A DNA stretch of 64,000 bases, taken from the NCBI RefSeq assembly GCF_032062105.1, contig NW_026940030.1, positions 248,001 to 312,000 of the forward strand, written 5' to 3'. Made by a program: the position numbers and the translations under genes. Of the stretch, positions 61,624 through 64,000 are shown in pieces. The notes beneath the pieces are model-generated. The model made no database searches. It was not told the DNA's origin and saw only the letters and a program-made list of their open reading frames with translations. Every line of letters starts with the position of its first letter. Position 1 is the stretch's first letter. The stretch is from Saccostrea cucullata. Its lineage: Eukaryota.

Positions 61624-64000
61624 CTGAAAAGAGAAGAATTCAAGGCTATTATTAAGCTGCATTTAAATAAATCAGTACTTTTCTTTTAACTTCTTGTTAA
61701 ATATTTTTACATTTACATTGGATTTAATTAAATCTAAAAACTTCAAGGAAAGTTATCAACGAATAAGATCCTAAATTGGTCTTTACATTCAGCATAGTAA
61801 TCTGCAAGCAGTACTCTATTAACTTTTTCAATAAAAAAATTTGCTTATGTATTAGGGAGAGGGGCTTGAAGAAGGGGGAGGGGGGTAACATATGCATGAA
61901 GACAAGGGGATATACTGTATGTGAAGAGATTCAGAGTATACATAGTATATATTTGTACCTGGACTCAATAAACAGACAAATATTAATTTAAGAAACCACT
62001 TTCCCTTGTGTTTTCAATATCAATAGTATCACATTTCTTTATGAATAACATTATAATTGAAAGTCCAAATAACAAAGAGCCAGAAAGGTTTTAATATGTG
62101 TGACTGTTTATATTCAACCTTTCCTGCCAACCAAACTTGAAACCAACCATATATACATCTAGGATACTGCAGTTACAGTCTTTTAAATCTTGTGTAGTTT
62201 TTTTTTAAAGAAAAAAAATTCTGATAACATTGGCTATTGACACAGGTAAAAGGTTTCCACTAATCCCACTATTGTTCACCTGTTTGGTAAAATCACAACC
62301 ATTAAATCTGATCAGGAAAAAAAGAATTCTTGATCGAATCATTGACCAATTTAACAGCTACTTTTTACCCTTGGCACAACAACAATCATTGCTATGATAT
62401 AAATTGCATCCCCTGAAAGAGGAAATGATACACGGCATTATAGATGGTATAGTTCAGGGGGACAAATCACCAAGATTTCAGAACAGCTGCAAATCAACAA
62501 ATACGTTGTCATCTCAATCCAACTTTTTTTTACTAGTGGGTATATATTAAACATTATACATGTATGAGATCAAGGAAGAGCTGTTACATGTGTATTGTAA
62601 TCATTGTCTCCTTCAAACTGTTCTTTTCATACAGAAGTTTGTTCAATTCAGGGCAATTATCCTCTGCAAGTTCAACTACATGTGATTCCTAATACATATA
62701 TACATTTAATTCAACAATGTCTACTTTAATCTGTGTTTATTTTCTTGAAGATTTATGCTTAAATTTTATAGAAGTGCACACTATAGATTTTGCATTTATA
62801 ATCAGTTTGAATTCACAAACAATATACAACACCACCATTGAAGGGACTTAGTGGAGGAGAGTAAAGCAAACAAACACTATCATCCAGGAGACTCTCTGGT
62901 GACCAAATGTCACATTCATATCTTAATCTGAAGCCAACCAATACTGTTCAAGATATATGTGAATGGGTATCAAACATTTCAATAGACGTAATCAATTTTC
63001 AACTTTGTATCCAAAGATATGAAAAGTATTTAGACCCCGGCAACTTATAAAACAACTGATAATGGGGCTAGGGGATTTAAAGTAAAAATATATGCCCCGA
63101 CGTTATTGCAATTTAACCCGTTTTCCATTATAATGGCATCATTCAGGGAGGGAGGCTGTTTCAGTATGTAAAATCTTGCCAGGGGGCCGCTCTCTATCAT
63201 TGGAATTATACATATTGACTAATTTATTTTCAGTAAATGCCATTTACACATAACTTTGCTGTGCCTTTAACGTTGAAGAATAATGTTTCCTTTTCTGCAT
63301 ATTTGGTGTCATACCAGTGACAGGAATCAATAAGGTTATTTGTCAATCCTCTACACTGATTTCTGAACAAACATTTGCGGTTTCAATGTTCACTAACCTG
63401 GGTAACGTGTATACATGTATACTGTGAATTAAATTCTATGGGAAAACCTTTTTTTAAAGGAAGACTTGCATACTGTATTTATATACCACGTAGTTATGAA
63501 AACGAAATTTGAAGTGTCAATTAATAACTTAAGCTGAAAATTCAACTACTGTAAAATTTGGGGTTGCATTCAAAGATGAACATAAAGAATTCCATCTTGA
63601 TTTTCTAATTCTTATTTGTTTTCCATTGAAAATGAAAAGTATAACATACGTAAGAAATTGACAATTTAATACATCATTATCTATTCTGACTTTACAATCT
63701 AAATTATAAATAAGTCCTTAAAAAAAAAATTTAATAGACATATTTTTTCTTCAAAATCTAAATTTTTATGATCACTGCAGCATACTTTTATTTACTTTTT
63801 CAATATCTAAGAACTTCAAAACCGCACTGGCCTTCTCAAAAAAGGGCATAGAGTGTAGTTATTCACAGATGTTATTCACAGATGTGGACAGGCAAATTAT
63901 TGTTCTAAACATAGGCTTGCTTTACTGAAACAGACATAATTGTGTTGACTTTTCTCGATAAATAAATATTTATGTTGAGCAATTCCTGCAAATAAATCAA

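Noticed and set aside
61626-64000. Search for upstream CDKL5 exons (GEGAYGVV loop)
   Set aside because: No matching coding segment seen; presumed to lie outside the window.

Overview
AT-rich animal genomic DNA, most likely an oyster (Ostreidae), judging from a Helentron-type element carrying a 166-bp Cg170-like satellite and from bivalve-type SINE/TRIM elements. It holds two convergent spliced genes. (1) A complete LARP1 on the + strand (2794-22328). I traced 20 coding exons with consistent phases (3786 nt, 1261 aa), encoding RG repeats, La motif, PAM2, DM15 and a 288-aa low-complexity tail. (2) CDKL5 on the - strand (61623-34820). It is 5'-incomplete, with 16 core exons plus 2 candidate cassette exons, one GC-AG intron and a TDY activation loop. 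Introns and the intergenic gap are full of non-autonomous mobile DNA: TA-MITEs, mariner-, Harbinger-, Kolobok- and hAT-like MITEs, a V-type SINE, several HINE/Helentron-like satellite carriers, a TRIM, a 31-bp minisatellite and a 421-bp tandem duplication. The most interesting signals are a 129-nt hairpin whose non-Watson-Crick pairs nearly all favour one strand as ssDNA, a ~1.8-kb stretch with about 8 RFX X-boxes inside the ciliary kinase gene, a TCT/TOP-like start upstream of LARP1, amplified RxRxxS sites after DM15, and in-frame candidate alternative first exons of LARP1. I found no evidence for a multi-gene novel system. All calls were made by eye, and repeat-family names are provisional.
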